Part shown: positions 60,784-64,000 of the stretch, piece by piece
Layout of the letters: the number at the start of each line of letters is the position of its first letter
Position numbering within the stretch: position 1 is the stretch's first letter
Source: Candidatus Saccharicenans sp.
Lineage (GTDB): Bacteria; Acidobacteriota; Aminicenantia; Aminicenantales; Saccharicenantaceae
Assembly: GCA_049719515.1 (NCBI GenBank)
Contig: JBNARJ010000001.1
Coordinates: 221,096 to 285,095 of the forward strand
DNA length: 64,000 nucleotides
Direction of reading: 5' to 3'
The notes under the pieces: model-generated
Seen by the model: the letters and a program-made list of their open reading frames with translations, nothing else
The model's database searches: none
What the model was told of the DNA's origin: nothing
Position numbers and translations under genes: made by a program

Positions 60784-63126
60784 ATGGATAGGCTGGAATA
60801 CCAGAAACCGCAGCTTCTGCCAGAGGAAGTAAAAAGTCTGGCCGGAGAAAAATATCGCCTGAAAGTTAAAAGGATAAGGCCGCTTCCTGGAGACCGGTCG
60901 CAAAATTTCCTGGTGGAAGCTGAAAGCGGGGCTAAATTTACAATAAAGATTTCCTCGAATTTTGACCGGCCGGAGGAGCTTGATTTTGAAAACCAGGTCA
61001 TGCTTTTGCTGGGCAAAAAGCTTCCGGAATACAACTTCCCCAGGCCCCTGCCTGACCTTGAGGGCCGGCTGATTTCTTCCTACCGAAAAGGTAAAAATAC
61101 ATTTTATCAGGTCAGGCTTTTTGCCTATCTTGAAGGAATTTATCTGGCAGATTTAAAACAAATTCCGCTGAACTTGTGGAGAGAGGCGGGTGACCTGCTG
61201 GGCCGAATCGATGTTATTTTAAAAGGCTATTACCATCCCGGACAAAAAAGATTGCTTCCCTGGGATATAAAAAACGTACTGTGGTCAAAAGACAGGCTAA
61301 ACCACGTCAGTGACCCGGCCCTTAAACGCCAGCTTGATTACTGTCTGCTGCAGTATGAGACAAAGGTGATGCCTGTGGCCCACCGGCTCAGACATCAGGT
61401 TATTTATGGTGATGCCAACGAACACAATTTTTTGCTCAGCACGGCTGAACCAGAACAAGCCAGGATAACAGGACTGCTCGATTTTGGCGATATGACAGAA
61501 TCCTTCATGGTGAATGAAGCGGCCGTTGCCCTGACCTATGCCCTTATGCTTCAGCCCGCAGAAGAGGTAGCCGCAGAAATCATCTCCGCCTACCATAAAA
61601 AAAATCCGCTTCGGCCAGAGGAACTGGACCTGCTTTTCTATCTTATCCTGGGCCGGATAACCATCAGCCTGACCATGTCAGCCTGGCGCAGAAGAGTTGA
61701 ACCGGAAAATTCCTACATGACCATCTCTGAAAGTCCCGGGCGCGGTCTGCTGGAATTTTTGCTGAGCGAGAACCCGGAAAAATGGAGAAAATTATTTTAT
61801 GATGCCTGCCGCTTAAAATTTAAAAATTGTTATCTGCCGGCGGATATAGTTCTGTCTGCCCGAAAAGCTCACCTGAGCCATGCGCTGAGCCTTTCTTACG
61901 TAAAGCCCCTGCACTTAATTCAGGGTTGCGGGCCCTATCTGTTTGAAGCCGACGGGCGTACTTTCCTTGACTGCGTAAATAACGTCTGTCATCTGGGCCA
62001 CGCTCATCCGGCTGTCGTCAGAGCGGTCAGCCGGCAGATGGCTCTTCTGAACACCAACACCAGATATCTGTACGACCAGCTCGTTCTCTACGCAGAAAAG
62101 CTTCTTTCCCGCTTTCCCAAAAAATTCCGGTTTGTTTTTCTGGTCAATTCTGGAAGCGAAGCCAACGACCTGGCTCTGCGCCTGGCCAGGAATTATACCG
62201 GCGGGACAGAACTGCTGGTGATAGACGGAGCCTATCATGGAAACCTTACTTCCCTGATAGAAATAAGCCCCTATAAATTTGATGGCCCGGGGGGAAAAGG
62301 GGCTCCATCTTTTGTCCATAAAATTCCAACCCCAGACCCTTACCGCGGGAAATATCGCGAAAACAACATCCACGCCGCCAGGAAATATGCTGATGAAGTA
62401 ATCCAAATAATTTCTCACCTTCAGGCTGAGAAGAAAAAGCTGGTCGGACTTATCGCCGAATCGATGATGGGCTGTGCCGGTCAGGTGATTTTCCCCCCTG
62501 AATTTTTAAAGATGGCTTTTGAGGCGGTCAAAGCGGCCGGTGGTGTTTGTATTGCCGACGAAGTCCAGGTGGGTTTTGGGCGGCCCGGAAAATTTTTCTG
62601 GTGCTATGAATCACAGGGAGCTCTGCCCGACATCGTCACTCTGGGCAAACCCATCGGCAATGGACATCCGATTGGCGCGGTAGTTACCACAGAAGAAATA
62701 GCCAGAGCTTTTGAAACCGGCATGGAATACTTCAACACTTTTGGCGGCAACCCGGTCAGTTGTGCGGCCGGCCTGGCCGTGCTGCAGGCCATCGAGGAGG
62801 AAAACCTGCAAGAAAATGCCCGGGTAGTTGGAGATTATTTTTTGAAAGAGCTCAGGAAACTCCAGAAAAGACACTTGCTGATTGGCGATGTGCGCGGGCT
62901 TGGTCTGTTCATCGGAGTGGAGCTGGTAAAAGACAGAAAAACAAAAGATCCGGCCACCGCCGAAGCGCGTGAAGTCATAGAAAGAATGAAAAATAAAGGC
63001 ATACTGTTGAGCACTGATGGCCCCTTCCGCAATGTGCTGAAAATTAAGCCTCCGCTGGTTTTCAGCCGCAGCAATGTTGACCGGGTAATTGAAGCCCTGG
63101 ATGAAGTGCTGCGGGCCTATGACTGA
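60784..63126 (+). CDS. Bifunctional fusion: N-terminal aminoglycoside-phosphotransferase-like (protein-kinase-fold) kinase + C-terminal class-III PLP-dependent aminotransferase-fold domain (putative amino-alcohol kinase / phospho-lyase)
   Basis: N-terminal half carries the APH/kinase catalytic loop [11 protein letters not shown] and the metal-binding LLDFGD. C-terminal half carries class-III aminotransferase motifs ([37 protein letters not shown] with the PLP lysine). One uninterrupted ORF. ATG at 60784 has a GGAG 8 nt upstream; the alternative ATG is at 60778. Confidence 0.8.
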   Translation: MDRLEYQKPQLLPEEVKSLAGEKYRLKVKRIRPLPGDRSQNFLVEAESGAKFTIKISSNFDRPEELDFENQVMLLLGKKLPEYNFPRPLPDLEGRLISSYRKGKNTFYQVRLFAYLEGIYLADLKQIPLNLWREAGDLLGRIDVILKGYYHPGQKRLLPWDIKNVLWSKDRLNHVSDPALKRQLDYCLLQYETKVMPVAHRLRHQVIYGDANEHNFLLSTAEPEQARITGLLDFGDMTESFMVNEAAVALTYALMLQPAEEVAAEIISAYHKKNPLRPEELDLLFYLILGRITISLTMSAWRRRVEPENSYMTISESPGRGLLEFLLSENPEKWRKLFYDACRLKFKNCYLPADIVLSARKAHLSHALSLSYVKPLHLIQGCGPYLFEADGRTFLDCVNNVCHLGHAHPAVVRAVSRQMALLNTNTRYLYDQLVLYAEKLLSRFPKKFRFVFLVNSGSEANDLALRLARNYTGGTELLVIDGAYHGNLTSLIEISPYKFDGPGGKGAPSFVHKIPTPDPYRGKYRENNIHAARKYADEVIQIISHLQAEKKKLVGLIAESMMGCAGQVIFPPEFLKMAFEAVKAAGGVCIADEVQVGFGRPGKFFWCYESQGALPDIVTLGKPIGNGHPIGAVVTTEEIARAFETGMEYFNTFGGNPVSCAAGLAVLQAIEEENLQENARVVGDYFLKELRKLQKRHLLIGDVRGLGLFIGVELVKDRKTKDPATAEAREVIERMKNKGILLSTDGPFRNVLKIKPPLVFSRSNVDRVIEALDEVLRAYD

Positions 63127-63545
63127 TAAGATAAGACTCAATGGCTTTTAAATGATGAAATTAGATTGAAAGGTATTCTGGCCGCGATATTACTGCCATC
63201 ATTGCCTTTAAGCTATAATTAATCTTAAGGTAAGGGGAATATTCATCCTGAGACTGAAACAAATACATATTTAGCAGTAACCTTTATTGAGGCTCAAGGT
63301 TACCCGATGATTTATCGCCCGGAGCGCACAGAAATGCGTAATTCACTTCCTTCTTTGGCCTGGATAAAGGTAAGTGTCAAATGGAAACCGGCCGTTTTAG
63401 ATATTTAATGAGCTAAGCCCATTAATAATATTAAACCCATATTAACATGTTTTAAATATTTCATTTTGAAGAAAATCATAAAACATATGAGGGAAATAAT
63501 CCGATTTTCAATGATAACAGGCAGGAGCGCCTTAAAATCAGGGGA

Positions 63546-63631
63546 AAAAGAAAAGTGCCGGAGGAGGGAGTCGAACCCACACCCGAAGTGATTCGGACTG
63601 GATTTTGAGTCCAGCGCGTCTGCCAATTCCG
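63546..63631 (-). tRNA. tRNA-Leu (anticodon CAA), type II with long variable arm; no encoded CCA
   Basis: Hand-folded cloverleaf: acceptor GCCGGAG/CTCCGGC+A; 3-bp D-stem; anticodon stem CTGGA/TCCAG with loop CTCAAAA (U33-CAA); variable hairpin CCGAA-tcac-TTCGG; T-loop TTCGACT. One U-U mismatch in the T-stem. Confidence 0.8.
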
Positions 63632-63795
63632 CCACTCCGGCACCGTTTTGGACTTTAAAACTATAAAGAAATTGAAGATTTTTTTCAAGGTTTCAGGCTG
63701 AAAATTACTGACCGCCTCAGTACAGTTTTCTGGCAGAGATTGATTTCCGGCAGAAGCTATTTGCCAATTGTCATCTGGTCTGCTATAAATTTGCC

Positions 63796-64000
63796 GTGGC
63801 CACGGATAAAAGAAGAGAAAAAATCATTTCGGTACTTTCCAAAAGACAACCCGACCTGCGGGTCGTGCTGGAGGAGGTCATCATCGCCCACAACGCCAGC
63901 GCGGTAGCTCGCACCTGCGAAGCGGTGGGCGTGCTCAACCTGCACATCATTTCTCCCGAGCCAGAAAAAGTTGTCTTTAACGAAGCCATCACCACGCGAG
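63796..64000 (+). CDS. TrmH/SpoU-family RNA 2'-O-methyltransferase, N-terminal fragment (continues past window end)
   Basis: Frame open from 63709. The translation ...KRQPDLRVVLEEVIIAHNASAVARTCEAVGVLNLHII matches the TrmH N-terminus ([30 protein letters not shown]). There is no ATG; GTG at 63796 is the most plausible start. Confidence 0.5.
   Translation, partial: MATDKRREKIISVLSKRQPDLRVVLEEVIIAHNASAVARTCEAVGVLNLHIISPEPEKVVFNEAITTR

Noticed and set aside
63405-63688. Two minus-strand ORFs of 70-76 aa
   Set aside because: They overlap the tRNA-Leu gene. The translations, such as SGVGSTPSSGTF, are read-through of tRNA sequence.

Overview
This 64-kb window reads as a gene-dense chromosomal segment of a Gram-negative bacterium: it carries lgt/lspA, two TonB-dependent receptors and mreBCD-mrdA. 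GC content is moderate, and neither transposases, integrases nor CRISPR arrays were found. Features in order: (1) cell-shape operon mrdA(partial)-mreD-mreC-mreB on the minus strand. (2) OPT-family oligopeptide transporter, def-fmt, an M23 peptidase, a small EF-Tu-domain-2-like protein and an SDR reductase. (3) A TCA-cycle cluster: acnB (aconitase B) divergent from icd-mdh, followed by sucCD. (4) An MBL-fold hydrolase and a 1028-aa lipoprotein with an N-terminal DUF5107-like domain plus TPR repeats. (5) Secreted M14 carboxypeptidase and a ChaN-like/PDZ protein. (6) A long minus-strand run: EF-G2-like paralog, rluD, lgt, lspA, ileS, nadB, nadC (consensus promoter, apparently leaderless), nitroreductase, MFS transporter. 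(7) yitT-family membrane protein and class-I fructose-1,6-bisphosphatase. (8) An amino-sugar/peptidoglycan-salvage-like island: hypothetical secreted Ca-binding-motif protein, ASKHA/ROK-like kinase with a novel N-terminal extension, nagB, Na+/solute symporter, FGGY kinase, glutamine-synthetase-family protein, DUF1343/NamZ-like lipoprotein. (9) A large transglutaminase-like lipoprotein plus NUDIX CoA pyrophosphatase, and a stand-alone 4-OT tautomerase. (10) Two tandem TonB-dependent receptor-like outer-membrane proteins with carboxypeptidase-regulatory N-domains. (11) A fused APH-like kinase / class-III aminotransferase (putative kinase-phospholyase). (12) tRNA-Leu(CAA) and the 5' end of a TrmH/SpoU-family methyltransferase. 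The strongest candidates for something undescribed are the kinase-aminotransferase fusion beside the TonB receptors, the amino-sugar island with its uncharacterised secreted DxDxDG protein and atypical kinase, and the DUF5107-TPR and transglutaminase lipoproteins. Every functional call rests on reading the translated ORFs by eye; no database search was possible.
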